DNA of 64,000 nucleotides, from NCBI GenBank assembly GCA_963666835.2, contig CAXXGO010000006.1, positions 1,728,001 to 1,792,000 on the forward strand. The letters run 5' to 3'. How positions within the stretch are numbered: the stretch's first letter is position 1; every line of letters starts with the position of its first letter. Below are positions 38,814 to 49,653 of this stretch, piece after piece. The DNA is from Phycisphaerae bacterium (lineage in GTDB: Bacteria > Planctomycetota > Phycisphaerae > UBA1845). A model generated the notes under the pieces. That model had not been told where the DNA came from, searched no databases, and saw only the letters and a list, made by a program, of their open reading frames with translations. The position numbers and the translations under genes were made by a program.

Positions 38814-41444
38814 TTACTTGGCGCCGGTTTCTCCGCGTTCTTCCGGGGAGACGTAGTGAATGACGGCCTGAGTTCGCCAAGCCTGCCCGTCAAACGTGGT
38901 GCGGCTTGCCGCGGACTTGTAGAAGTCGATCTTGCGCACCACGGGGGCGAGTTTACTGAGAATGCCTGACACTTTCGCTAATATCGGTCGGACGTTGGGG
39001 TCCGGCACGAAAGCTCCCATCATTCCCAGCATGGTAGCCCCGACTCCGATTCCCTCCGTCAGCTCCTTGCCCATATTACGTTGGTCCGTCAGAGAGACTC
39101 CGGCGAACGGCCCGGTCGGCACGATCAGCTCGCTCATCGCCTGGGCATTGGCCCGGATGTTCGGGTGGTCGCCTTTGGCCGTAGCCAGGCACAAAGCTAT
39201 CGCGTCGGTCGAACTGCTGAAGATCAGGTGTCCGTCGGCGACACCCCAGACAACGGGCTCGGGTGACATGCCGATGTAGAGGTTGTGGAACCCTTCGAGC
39301 TGCTCATGCGTAACCGGCGTTGTACGTACGTTGAGCATGGCCAGCATTGGGTTCTTCCCCGCGGCTTGGGTAAGTTGGGTCGTGAGGAACTCGAGGGCGA
39401 CGGCGATCTTCTCCCGGGCGGCTTGCTCGTCGTTCACCTTCAACATGAACACCGAACCGCCTTTATCCGCCAGGGTAACGTTGACTGAATCGCCCTGAAT
39501 CCACCCGATGATGTCCCTTCGCACATTCACGCCAACCTGTTCCTGAACCCCGGCCCACTTAGCGAGCAGCGTTTCACCCTTCGGCCCACCGTCCCGGATC
39601 ACACCTTCGATGAACTGGTAAAGCCCATCCAGGTCCGGTCCCCCGGCGACTGCGAACGACACGGTTTCCTGGGGTAGGTAACGGTCGAAGTCCGTGAGCT
39701 GCTGGTGTTTGGCCATTACGGGGTAGATGGGCATATCCTTGGCACCGGGAACCAGCATGGTGATGGAGTCGGTCTTTGCAGAGTAACCGTCGGTCGTCTC
39801 CACCATCGCCGAGTAGTCGATAATCCCTACGGTGTCCATAAGGGTGTCCAGGATGTGCGCAATCATGGCAATCTTGCGGTTCTCGCCGTTCTGAGCGAGT
39901 TCGCCCGCCTTCATGCCGGCCTGTTTGACCGCCGCTTGGTACCTAGGATGGTCGTGGAACTTCTTCCAGTCGGGGTCCTTGGAAATGTGCTGCGGGCAGT
40001 AGAAGCCCCCGTCTACCGCCTGCTCCAAGAAGTCCAGGGCTTTGTCGTCGTGTCCGAGCAGGGCGTGGAAACAGGCCAGACTGTAGAGCACCCGGGAATG
40101 ATCGGGCGCGAGAGCATGGGCCTGCTTGGAGAGTTTAAGACCCTGCTCGTAGTCCTTCTCTTCGTAGGCCTGATGAACCTGCAGCAACAAACTGAACGCC
40201 TCACCCTTCTTGGGACCGTTGATGATCACGTCCTCAGCGTGACTGCTCATGGCCAACTCGGCAGCTCGAGCCACAATCGCTTTGAACTTGGGATTGTCGT
40301 GAAGGCTCTGCAGGTCTCCGTCGGCGGCGATCTTGTTGGGCGCGTAGAACCCACCCTCAACTGCCTTCTTCAGCCAGCCGAGTGCTTCATCCTTATGGCC
40401 CAGCCGGGCGTTGAAACACGCCAGGTTGTACAGAACGATCGAGTCGTTCGGGGCGATCTCAAAGGCCTGCTCGGTCAGATCCAGGGCCTGCTGGATGTCA
40501 CCGCGGCCGTACGCCGCCATAGCTTTTCCGTTTAGCGCGTTTGCCTCAGAGCTGCCACCCGTGTTCTGGTAGGCATCCTCCGGGCCTTGCGCCATGCCCA
40601 GGAACATGTCGATGAACGTGCGGAACGGGTTCAGGAGCCTCTGAACGTCAATGAAGAACATGCTGTCTTCAGCGGGTGGGAGCTTGGCAAACGCCGACTT
40701 GAAACGCGGGGTATTCGCCAACGCGGTTTTCTTGCTGCTTCCATTCATGAGCCCCAGGACGTCTTCGAAAAGCTGCTCGCGCAGGGCGATGATTACCACG
40801 TCGTCATGCAGGGCAACGGAAAGATACAGGGGCGGAGCACCCGGGGCCATCCCCAGCATGTTCACGCTTGCTATCTTCACACCCACCTTCGTGGCCTGTT
40901 TCACTACCAGGACCTCGCCACCCGCGGCCGTGTTTATCTCGGCAACCAGTCCCTCGAGGATGTTCGTCAAACCGGTGTAGTTCTGCGCGGCTCCCTCGGC
41001 GCTGCCGCGAAACAGCAGCACCATATCGGGCATGACTATGGGGGGTTCCTGCTTGGAGATTTTCGTCGGAGGGGTCATCCGCTCCGTGAAGGCGGTCTCC
41101 CGTCCGCCGAGTTTCTTCCAGTCTACGCCGGCTACCAGTTCGGACACACGATTCTTGATCCGCTCCGCCTCGGCCACTTGCTCCGAGCCGAGCACGGATC
41201 CGACTAATCCCATTACATCCTCTGTGATGCCGGCTTCAGACAGGGCGTCAAAGACGTCTTGCCAGTACCGATCCAGAAACTCCCGCTCGGTGTTTGGGCG
41301 GGCGTTGTGGAAGAGATAGACGTCATCGGGTACGAACCGGGCGAGCGTGAACCCGTCGTCGGTTGCGGGTGACGCTACTACCAGCGCCGAACCGGCCAAC
41401 GCCAAGCCCAACGAGATGCTCAAGTAGAATGTGGCTGCTCTCAT
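38814..41444 (-). CDS. Secreted protein with duplicated TPR modules
   Basis: AAGGAG RBS, signal peptide and two related modules LYNLACFNARLG...AVEGGFY / LYSLACFHALLG...AVDGGFY. Confidence 0.85.
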   Translation of the reverse strand: MRAATFYLSISLGLALAGSALVVASPATDDGFTLARFVPDDVYLFHNARPNTEREFLDRYWQDVFDALSEAGITEDVMGLVGSVLGSEQVAEAERIKNRVSELVAGVDWKKLGGRETAFTERMTPPTKISKQEPPIVMPDMVLLFRGSAEGAAQNYTGLTNILEGLVAEINTAAGGEVLVVKQATKVGVKIASVNMLGMAPGAPPLYLSVALHDDVVIIALREQLFEDVLGLMNGSSKKTALANTPRFKSAFAKLPPAEDSMFFIDVQRLLNPFRTFIDMFLGMAQGPEDAYQNTGGSSEANALNGKAMAAYGRGDIQQALDLTEQAFEIAPNDSIVLYNLACFNARLGHKDEALGWLKKAVEGGFYAPNKIAADGDLQSLHDNPKFKAIVARAAELAMSSHAEDVIINGPKKGEAFSLLLQVHQAYEEKDYEQGLKLSKQAHALAPDHSRVLYSLACFHALLGHDDKALDFLEQAVDGGFYCPQHISKDPDWKKFHDHPRYQAAVKQAGMKAGELAQNGENRKIAMIAHILDTLMDTVGIIDYSAMVETTDGYSAKTDSITMLVPGAKDMPIYPVMAKHQQLTDFDRYLPQETVSFAVAGGPDLDGLYQFIEGVIRDGGPKGETLLAKWAGVQEQVGVNVRRDIIGWIQGDSVNVTLADKGGSVFMLKVNDEQAAREKIAVALEFLTTQLTQAAGKNPMLAMLNVRTTPVTHEQLEGFHNLYIGMSPEPVVWGVADGHLIFSSSTDAIALCLATAKGDHPNIRANAQAMSELIVPTGPFAGVSLTDQRNMGKELTEGIGVGATMLGMMGAFVPDPNVRPILAKVSGILSKLAPVVRKIDFYKSAASRTTFDGQAWRTQAVIHYVSPEERGETGAK

Positions 41445-41761
41445 GATTACAACTCCTTACCTCAGTGTGTCCCTGGCGAACCGTCGGGCCTGATTCCGCC
41501 GACAATCCGCTGCCGCCCCTTCGCTGCCGGTTTCTGGCCGGCAATGCCGAAGCGACTGTCCCCGCAGTACGGCGTGGCTCCACGCGACGCCTCTATAGGG
41601 CTAAGCGACGGCCCCGCACGGCGCGCCTCACAGGAACGCAGGATTCGGCACATCGGCAACCCAAGGGCGACGCCGGATTCGGTGGGTTAAGTGCATCCAC
41701 AGTGAAACTCTGCCGAGTGCCACCGTAAGATAGTCGACGGGAAAGGTCCGAAGAAGATCGG

Positions 41762-44700
41762 TCAATCTGCGCTTGTCTTGCCGCTGGGGGTTTCCGCCAA
41801 ACGCTGTCGCCACTCGGCAACCTGTGCCGGGCGGGGCCAGGATTCGTATAGCCGGATGATGCGAAGCAGCGCTCGGCGTTTTCGGCTGGCCGGCACGTGC
41901 CGGTTGCCTTCCAGGGCCGAGTATGCTTCCAACAGCAGAGGCTCGGCCTCTTCGACCCGGCCCGCCTGGGCGACGGCATTGCCGATCCGGCTTCTGATGT
42001 CTGCGATCAGCCAGTGTTCTTCCGCTAGCGTCTTCTGCGCTGTGGCCAGCCCCACGCGCAGAAGTGCCTCCGCTTCGGCAAAACGGCCCTGCTGAATAAG
42101 GTCGTCGCTGCGGCTGATAAACCGTGGCTCGGGTTGGACCCCGGGGATCAGGGTCGCGCCGAGCTGCATGCCCAGGGTGCCCCATGGTGCTTCTGCCACC
42201 GCGGCGAGATCGCCCGCCTCCACCAGGAAACGCGCGAGCTCATCCTCCAGCGCCGCCCGGCCGGAGGGCCCTCCGGCTTGCGACCGAGCAATTGCCAGGC
42301 GCTGCGTTGCGATTGCCTGCTCGAGGTCGTTGCTCAGGTAGTATGCGGTTGCCAGAGTCTCGAGGGTGTTAGCGTCGTTTCCGCCGTCCAAGTCGACGGC
42401 GCGCCGGGCTACGGGTAGCGCCGCCTCCGGATCCCGCAGGTCCGCCAGTTCGCAATTCAACAGCTCCCAAGCGTAGGCATGTGCTGCCAGGGCGCCGGCA
42501 CCCGGTTGTTCGGCGGCGCGGCGCAGGTGGGCGAGACGCTCGGTGATTAACGGTCGAGTCTCGTCGGTCTTCCCCTGCAGGCGCAGTACGCGGAGCAGAT
42601 CAGTCATGTGAGTCATCGTATCCGGATGGTCGGAGCCGAGGATTCGTTGCTCCGATTCGTAGGTCCGCCGGTAGAGAGTCTCAGCCGGCTCGTATTCGCG
42701 GCGGTCTTCGAGCAGCAGTCCGAGGTTGTTCATGGTGGCCGTCGTGCAGGGGTGTTCGTTGCCGAGAAGGCGTTGGCAGGTCTGCAGCGTCTCGCGCAAG
42801 AGGATCTCCGCTTCCGCGACCTTACCCAGTTCACGACACACCGCCCCCAGATGTCCTGCGGATTCCAAGGTGTCGATATGTTCCTCTCCGAGCATCCGGC
42901 GCTGGATTTCCCAAGTGCGGCGGTGGATGGCTTCGGCTTCCGAGAACCTCTCCGGCCCCCACAACGCCAGCGCCAGCTCGTTCATTGTCGCCAGGGTGTC
43001 ACTATGCGTTTCCCCGAGCACCCGGAGCTGCGTCTCCGCAGTTTGCCGGAGCAGCGCCTCGGCCTCCGCGAAAGCGCCCTGCACTCGCAACAACCCGGCC
43101 AAAGCGCGATTGGATCGCAGGGTGTCCGGATGCTCATCGCCGAGCAGTTTGCGCCGAAGGGCTTGTGCGGCCCGCAAGTGTCCTTCCGCGGCTTCGTAGA
43201 TCCCCAGGGCTTTGTAGGTCTCGCCAAGTGTCACACGAATAGCAGCTTCCACTACCGGCTGCTCGGCGAGTTCGCCTTCGTCGATCTTCCGGGCAGATTC
43301 ATCCAGAACATAACGCACGGAAACCTCGCGCCCCAGGGCTTTTCTGGGGTCGACCGATCGGAGCATCTCTTGCAGGAACCGACTTACCGTTGCGGACGTG
43401 GCGGCCTCGGTCCGGGCGGCCCGCGCGTGGGCTTCCGCCAGCTCGCGCTGCGCCTTTTCGGCGGTGCGGGCTTGGGTGGCTTGAATGAACCCCAAGGTCG
43501 CCAGTGCCAGTCCGACCAGCAACGCCGCGGCGGCGGTGGAGCCGGCGAACACGGCCAGGCGATGGCGCCGGACGAACTTGCGCAACCTATGGCCGGCCCG
43601 CGGAGGTCCGGCGACGATCGGTTCATCACCCAGGTGTCGCTCTACATCATCCGCCAAGTCCTTGGCAGTAGCGTAACGCCGGGTACGGTCCTTTTCGATC
43701 GCCGTCATGACGATCCAGTCCAGATCGCCGCGAATCAGCCGAGATAGCGCCGCCGGTTCCACGTTGCGATTCCGGGCAATTTCAGCTCCATCTCCGGCGG
43801 TGGTCAGCGTTGCGAGTTTGCTTGATGGTGTCGGTGGTTCCATCTCTCGGATGATCCGCCGAATCTCGTCGAAGGAAGCCTCCCGGAAGGTCTTCCGTTC
43901 AAACGGGGTCCGGCCTGTCAATAACTCATAGAGCAGCACGCCCAGCGAGTAGACATCCGTTCGCGTGTCCACATCCAGCCCGCCGATATCGGCCTGGTCC
44001 GGGCTCATGTATTCAGGTGTGCCCAGGAACTCCCGGAACCCCGTGAACAGCGTCTTCTCCGTCAGCCGCTGGCTGGTTGCCTTGGCGATTCCGAAGTCGA
44101 TCACCTTGGGGATAGGTTTGTTGTCGTGCAACGCCACCAACACGTTGCTCGGCTTCAGGTCGCGGTGGATGATACCTTTCTGATGGGCATGCTGGACCGC
44201 ATGGCATACCGGGATGAACAGCTCCAAACGCTCCCGTGGCGTGAGCTTGTTTCTGTCGCAGTACTCGGTGATTGTCACCCCGTGGACCAGCTCCATGACG
44301 AAATATGGCCGGCCGGTCTCGGTAGCTCCCGCGTCGAAGACCCGAGCGATGTTGGGGTGGTCCATCAGGGCCAACGCCTGCCGCTCCGCCTCAAACCGCG
44401 CGATTACCTGCCGGGTATCCATTCCGTGTTTGATGATCTTCAGCGCGACCTTGCGGGAGACGGGTTCCTCTTGCTGAGCCATATAGACCGTGCCGAACCC
44501 GCCTTCGCCGATCTCCTGGAGGATCTTGTATCGGCCGATTCGCGTTCCGGTCACCTCGCCGATCGTGGGGACTTCGAGCGTGGCGTCAGGATCCAACGGA
44601 GGCGTGTCGAGGAAGGAGCCCACCTTACTGTGGGCGGTCAGCAGTTCGCCAACCTGCCTGCGCAGGTCGGCGTCCGTACCGCAGGCTTGGTCGAGGTACT

Positions 44701-44779
44701 CGTTGCGCTCCTCCAACGAGTCGATCTCCAGAGCCGCGTTGAAGAGCTGCTCCAGTCTCTGATGATTCGGCCTAGCCAC
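41762..44779 (-). CDS. Serine/threonine protein kinase with TM helix and TPR repeats
   Basis: IGEGGFG.VY, VALK, HRDLKPSN, DFG and GTPEYMSP motifs, then LGxEHPDTL repeats. Confidence 0.96.
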   Translation of the reverse strand: MARPNHQRLEQLFNAALEIDSLEERNEYLDQACGTDADLRRQVGELLTAHSKVGSFLDTPPLDPDATLEVPTIGEVTGTRIGRYKILQEIGEGGFGTVYMAQQEEPVSRKVALKIIKHGMDTRQVIARFEAERQALALMDHPNIARVFDAGATETGRPYFVMELVHGVTITEYCDRNKLTPRERLELFIPVCHAVQHAHQKGIIHRDLKPSNVLVALHDNKPIPKVIDFGIAKATSQRLTEKTLFTGFREFLGTPEYMSPDQADIGGLDVDTRTDVYSLGVLLYELLTGRTPFERKTFREASFDEIRRIIREMEPPTPSSKLATLTTAGDGAEIARNRNVEPAALSRLIRGDLDWIVMTAIEKDRTRRYATAKDLADDVERHLGDEPIVAGPPRAGHRLRKFVRRHRLAVFAGSTAAAALLVGLALATLGFIQATQARTAEKAQRELAEAHARAARTEAATSATVSRFLQEMLRSVDPRKALGREVSVRYVLDESARKIDEGELAEQPVVEAAIRVTLGETYKALGIYEAAEGHLRAAQALRRKLLGDEHPDTLRSNRALAGLLRVQGAFAEAEALLRQTAETQLRVLGETHSDTLATMNELALALWGPERFSEAEAIHRRTWEIQRRMLGEEHIDTLESAGHLGAVCRELGKVAEAEILLRETLQTCQRLLGNEHPCTTATMNNLGLLLEDRREYEPAETLYRRTYESEQRILGSDHPDTMTHMTDLLRVLRLQGKTDETRPLITERLAHLRRAAEQPGAGALAAHAYAWELLNCELADLRDPEAALPVARRAVDLDGGNDANTLETLATAYYLSNDLEQAIATQRLAIARSQAGGPSGRAALEDELARFLVEAGDLAAVAEAPWGTLGMQLGATLIPGVQPEPRFISRSDDLIQQGRFAEAEALLRVGLATAQKTLAEEHWLIADIRSRIGNAVAQAGRVEEAEPLLLEAYSALEGNRHVPASRKRRALLRIIRLYESWPRPAQVAEWRQRLAETPSGKTSAD

Positions 44780-44850
44780 CGTACCGTCCCCGAGGATTCT
44801 ACCGTAATCCCGCGCTTTCCTGAGCCGCGGTCTGCCCGGCGCGCGGGATT

Positions 44851-45417
44851 CTATCGCGAATCCTCGTCTTCGCCCATTTCTTTTAACAGCCACGCCCGGG
44901 CGAATGCCCAGTAGCGGTCGGCCGTGGCCCGCGACACGCCGAGCAGCTTGCCCGCCTGTTCGACGGTCAAACCGGCGAAGTAGCGGAGCTTGACCAGATC
45001 AGCTTTGACCTGGTCCGCGCGGGACAGTTTCTCCAAAGCTTCGTCCAGGGCGATCAGATCGGTCGGGTCGGACATGACAATGGCGTCGGCCTCGTCGACC
45101 TCACGTTTGCGCAGGCCCCCACCGTGTTTCAGCCGGGCCTTGCGCCGCGCGGATTCCACCAGGATCCGCCGCATGGCCTCGGCCGCGGCGGCGAAGAAAT
45201 GGACACTGTTCTCCCAGTGCTCCGCCTCGACGCCGAGCAGACGCAGGTAGGCCTCGTGGACCAGGGCGGTGGCTTGCAGCGTTTGCCCCGGGCGCTCGCG
45301 GGCCAGCTTGCTTGCGGCCAGTTGGCGCAGCTCGCGGTAGACGGCCGAGAGCAGCCTGTCGGCCGCGCGCTCGTCGCCCTTCTCTGCTTCCCGGATTAAG
45401 CGGGTGACGTCTTCCAC
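44851..45417 (-). CDS. ECF sigma factor, TIGR02999 (planctomycete-type) family
   Basis: VY.ELR.LA, TLQATALVHEAYLRL, AMRRILV, LRYFAGL and WAFARAWL motifs; directly upstream of the kinase. Confidence 0.94.
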   Translation of the reverse strand: MEDVTRLIREAEKGDERAADRLLSAVYRELRQLAASKLARERPGQTLQATALVHEAYLRLLGVEAEHWENSVHFFAAAAEAMRRILVESARRKARLKHGGGLRKREVDEADAIVMSDPTDLIALDEALEKLSRADQVKADLVKLRYFAGLTVEQAGKLLGVSRATADRYWAFARAWLLKEMGEDEDSR

Positions 45418-45555
45418 CTGCAATCTCGCCGTCCACGGTATCTTAAGACTCTATCGACATCATACGCGATCCGCCGTTGAAATCGAAAGCACGTTGTGTC
45501 GGAGCCAGGGGGGCGGTGAACGACCAGGTGGCCCATGGCTTTAGCCGTGGGGGAT

Positions 45556-45998
45556 GCCCATACGCAACTTCGCCTATGTCGCACGAGGCCGGCGTTAAGC
45601 CCCTTGGGGCGACAGCTCCTCCAGCCCCACGGCGTAAGCCTGGGGGATCGTCCAGACATTCCGAATCCAGCCCCTTGTGGGCGGCACACCCTCTACGCGA
45701 CATGCGCCTTCGTGGCAGGTCTCGTGCCTCGACCATGCCCTACGAAGTCTTCATGCATCGCGCGCCTATACGGCAGGACGCCCATACGCAACTTCGCCTA
45801 TGTCGCACGAGGCCGGCGTTAAGCCCCTTGGGGCGACAGCTCCTCCAGCCCCACGGCGTAAGCCCGGGGGATCGTCCAGACATTCCGAATCCAGCCCCTT
45901 GTGGGCGGCACACCCTCTACGCGACATGCGCCTTCGTGGCAGGTCTCGTGCCTCGACCATGCCCTACGGAGTCTTCATGCATCGCGCGCCTATACGGC
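45556..45998. repeat. Direct tandem duplication of a 224-bp REP-containing unit
   Basis: Units start at 45556 and 45780 and are near identical. REPs at 45714 and 45938. Confidence 0.95.
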
Positions 45999-46067
45999 CG
46001 GTCTCGTGCCCAGACCGTGCCCTCACAACTGGTGCTGTTGGCGTATCCGTGGTAGGAAGGGCCGAAC

Positions 46068-46622
46068 ATGAATAAGCGAATCGTAGACGAAAGCATCGAC
46101 GCCCCGAATAGTGTGCTACGCACGTACACGGCGGCGGCGTTGTCTGTTGCTCTGCTGGCTCGCTGGTTTGAACAGGACTCGGGGTGTTGGTTTGCTCTGG
46201 CCTTGTTCGCGGCCGCGCCGATCGGTGGGGTAGTCTACCTGCATTACCGTGTAGGGCGCGAGCATACGCACTTGCGGTGGCGGTGGAGGATTTCACTGTC
46301 CGGTCTGAATGTCGTGTGCTGTGTCATACTCTTTAGCGGCCAAGGTGCCGCCCCACGCCTCGACTTGAGTGATTTGGTTGCCATCCTTATTTTGAGCCTG
46401 GCCGGTGGAGGGGCGACGCACCTGATCGGGCTAGTCGTGGGTTTGGTTGCGGACTTGTTTATGGATCGCGTACGGCGATTCAGGGAGCCACACGAATGCG
46501 GGACATGCGCGTACGATCTTACGGGGAATACGTCCGGGACCTGTCCGGAGTGTGGGAGTTCCGTCCCGCGGTATCTGCGGGCTTGGCTGGAAGAGACAAA
46601 CGATCGAAGTGCGTCCGAGTGA
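46068..46622 (+). CDS. Hypothetical membrane protein with C-terminal zinc ribbon
   Basis: Several TM segments and CGTCAYDLTGNTSGTCPECG. Confidence 0.75.
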   Translation: MNKRIVDESIDAPNSVLRTYTAAALSVALLARWFEQDSGCWFALALFAAAPIGGVVYLHYRVGREHTHLRWRWRISLSGLNVVCCVILFSGQGAAPRLDLSDLVAILILSLAGGGATHLIGLVVGLVADLFMDRVRRFREPHECGTCAYDLTGNTSGTCPECGSSVPRYLRAWLEETNDRSASE

Positions 46623-46909
46623 GACTGCCTGAGGTGATGATTGTTGACGGGCGGATTGCGACAGAGAGCGGTGCTGCCGGCACTGAGGGCACAGACTCTT
46701 ACGCGACGCGGGCTTTCGTAGCAGGTCTCGTACCTCGACGGTGCTCTACGAGGTCTTCACGCATCGCGGGCCTTCGTCGCAGGTCTCGTGCCTCGACCGT
46801 GCCCTATGCAATCCGTCCCCCACCCATGCCGGCGGCGGGGCGATACGGCGATTCCAGCGCGCCAAACGCCGGCATGAATGGGGCACCCGGCCGGGACATA
46901 TCCTTGTCA

Positions 46910-47404
46910 TTACTCCGGGCATGCTCCGATTACTAACGGCTCGGTCAATTGGAGAATGTCGTATTCCGGATAGTCATAATCCGTTAGCATCTCCGCGGTT
47001 ACGGTTATCTCGAACGTCTGCTCGCAGCCGTCGTGCGTAACCACCAAGTGGACTTCATCCGGCACAGGGTACTCGGGAACCACAACCTCCGAAGAGAATG
47101 GATTGGGGCATCTGCCGAGCTCATCGGCTCCAAGGTGGACCTGAAAGGTCCCGTCCCGCCAAGTGAAGTTTTCGTCGCTTAGCTGGTGAGTCCCCCCTGC
47201 CCCCGTCTGCTCGCCGGCAGTCCAGGTGTAGGCGCTGACCTCGAAACTCCCCAATGTGATCGTGGCATCCGCCTCGACTCTGCCACGAACCAACATTTGC
47301 GCCGAGATGAGCGGGCACGAGCAACAAGCTGAACCGGACACCAGCCCGATAGCACCTATAACCACGACCATTACCGCGGCTTCTATTCGATTCGTTGTCC
47401 TCAT
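46910..47404 (-). CDS. Hypothetical exported protein, paralogue 2
   Basis: Signal-like N-terminus with Cys; clearly similar to 47596-48099. Confidence 0.8.
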   Translation of the reverse strand: MRTTNRIEAAVMVVVIGAIGLVSGSACCSCPLISAQMLVRGRVEADATITLGSFEVSAYTWTAGEQTGAGGTHQLSDENFTWRDGTFQVHLGADELGRCPNPFSSEVVVPEYPVPDEVHLVVTHDGCEQTFEITVTAEMLTDYDYPEYDILQLTEPLVIGACPE

Positions 47405-47595
47405 TGCCAGATCCTCAGAATGCATGCTTAATCCTCTGCGTGACGCGCGCTTTCGCGGCAGGTCTCGTACCTCGACCGTGCCCTACGCAACTTAAGGACC
47501 GCAATCCATCCCCAACCCATGCCGGCGGCGGGGCGATGCGGCTATTCCAGCGCGCCAAACGCCGGTATGGGGCACCCGATCGGGACATATCCTTG

Positions 47596-48099
47596 TCATC
47601 CCTCCGGGCACGCGCCGATCACCAAGGGCTCCGTCAGTTGGAGAACGTCGTCTTCCGGATAGTCGTAGTCCGTGAGCATGTCGGCCGTTACCGGTATCTC
47701 GAACGTATGCTCGCAACCGCCGTGAATAACGACCAAGTGGAGTTCATCCGGAACCGGATACTCGGGAACCTCAACGTTCTCGGAGAATGGGTCGTCACAG
47801 ATGGCCACGCGGTCAGATGACGCAAGAAACACCTGAAAGGTCCCGTCTGCCCAAGTGAAGTCGTCGTCACTATACGATGGTCGTGTCGCTCCGTCCCCCG
47901 TGTAGTTACCATCAGTCCATGTCATGGCACTAACGTCGAAGTCACCGAGCGTAATGGCGCCGTCTACTTGTAGGGCACCGCGAACAAGCATGCCGGCGAA
48001 CGTAAGCGGACAGGGGAAACACGCCGCCCCTGACCCCAAGCCGATGATACCCACGGCCAAGAGCATGGCCGCTACCTCAATGCTCCTTCTCTTCTTCAT
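47596..48099 (-). CDS. Hypothetical exported protein, paralogue 1
   Basis: Shares MLVRG, FTW.DGTFQV, PEYPVPDE.HLVV and MLTDYDYPE.D.LQLTEPLVIGACPE with 46910-47404. Confidence 0.8.
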   Translation of the reverse strand: MKKRRSIEVAAMLLAVGIIGLGSGAACFPCPLTFAGMLVRGALQVDGAITLGDFDVSAMTWTDGNYTGDGATRPSYSDDDFTWADGTFQVFLASSDRVAICDDPFSENVEVPEYPVPDELHLVVIHGGCEHTFEIPVTADMLTDYDYPEDDVLQLTEPLVIGACPEG

Positions 48100-48155
48100 C
48101 TTCCGTACCTCATCAAGCATCCTGCTGCTTTCAGCCCAGCAGGGTATAATCCCAG

Positions 48156-49450
48156 TTACTGCCCACGCTCCAGCAAGCTCACCGGTGGGCAGACGCCGGG
48201 ATTAGCGCTCCGAAATTCATCCGCGAACCAGTTGCCGATACGATACGTCTCGCGAGTCTGATCCAACGCTCCACACGAGTGGGCCATTTCGTGGAACATG
48301 GTGTCTGCACATTCGCATTGGTTAGTCCCAGGTTCGCAGAACCACATGGGCGAACCGCCAAGGCTACATCCTCCGGCTGGACCGAGTGGCTCACAGGGGC
48401 CGCAGCTACTCACCGTCGCGCAACTGATCCGTGTCCGGCGGAAGTGTGAGCCGCCGCAGCCGAGGCGGCCTTTCATGCACTTCTTGAACGCCAGGGTGAC
48501 GTCCGGGATCTTGTCGATCTTCTCGTATACGCTGGACAGGTTATCGATGCACGGGGGTGTGCTGCCCTCGCAGCTTTGACCCGGGCCGTCGTTGACCAAG
48601 GGACCGTCACACTGGTATGCATGCGGAGGTGTATAGGGAATCATCATGTCCAAGATGGACGTGACCACCTGCCCGATGATATTGCCGATCAGAATGAATG
48701 TGTTGCCCAGGCTCAGACCCCGAGGGTCATTCTGACGGTCCAGCAACTGACAGTGGAGCATCGCCTCGACGGCGTCGTGAAAGCCCGACTCCGACGTAGG
48801 ATCCTCCCAGACGCCCTCCGCAGGCGAATACAACCAGCCCCCGGACACCGGAGGGTCACCGGCCGTGGTCGTCAAAGTGCCGTAGACTGCCAGCCCGCTC
48901 GGAGTGACCGAGACCGTAAGCTCCAGCGTGCGGGTTACCGAGCCCTCGGTAAGCTGCACGACCGCGTCGACCGACGAGCCCCAACTCTCGAACACCGCGG
49001 TAACCGTGCCCGTCGCCACGAGCAACCCGCCCTCCGACACCAGCACCGGCGCCGTGCCGGTCAGGTCCGCATGAATCGTCGCCTCGCCAACTTCGAGACT
49101 ACCGCTGGTTAAGGCGAAATCCACGTCGGCCCACGCGAAGTAATCGGCGAGGTGCTCGATCCGATCGTATTGCCCCGGGGGACCGGGGTCCGCAACTGCC
49201 GGCCCGCAGTGCAGGTTTCCCATCTCATCCCGGTAGCACCCGTCGATGCTCCGATCGCTTCCCAGGTAGATCGGAGCCGCCTGTGCCCACGCGGTGCTAG
49301 GCATGGCGAGAACCACGCCAAGCCCGGCGACCAGCGCCGTTTTCACAAGGGCGGCAGTGCGTCCCCCCCCCCCCCCCTGATTAAAGGACGAAGACCCGTT
49401 TGCCCGCCCCGGCGCATCGCATCGCCAGCCGTAGTGCGACGCACATTCAT
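48156..49450 (-). CDS. Secreted protein with Cys-rich C-terminal HEXXH domain; likely start is out of frame across a G15 tract
   Basis: Signal peptide ...LAMPSTAWAQ and C-terminal FHEMAHSCG. ATG 49450 with AAGGGAG RBS is in another frame. C15 at 49363-49377. Confidence 0.7.
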
Positions 49451-49653
49451 GACCTGTACTCCCTTCTGTTGGGCCGCTGTTCGAGTGAACCAAGCGATGG
49501 GATCGGCGGGCCCGCCCGCGGCCTCCAAGTTCGCGCCCGCTGTGTACCTGAAAAACATACCCGTGCCCACGGGGGATGTCAAGTGCGAGTTTTGCGTCGC
49601 CGTGTAGGCATCAGGGCAAGCGCGATTATCACGGTTGCGGTCCAGACGGATCA

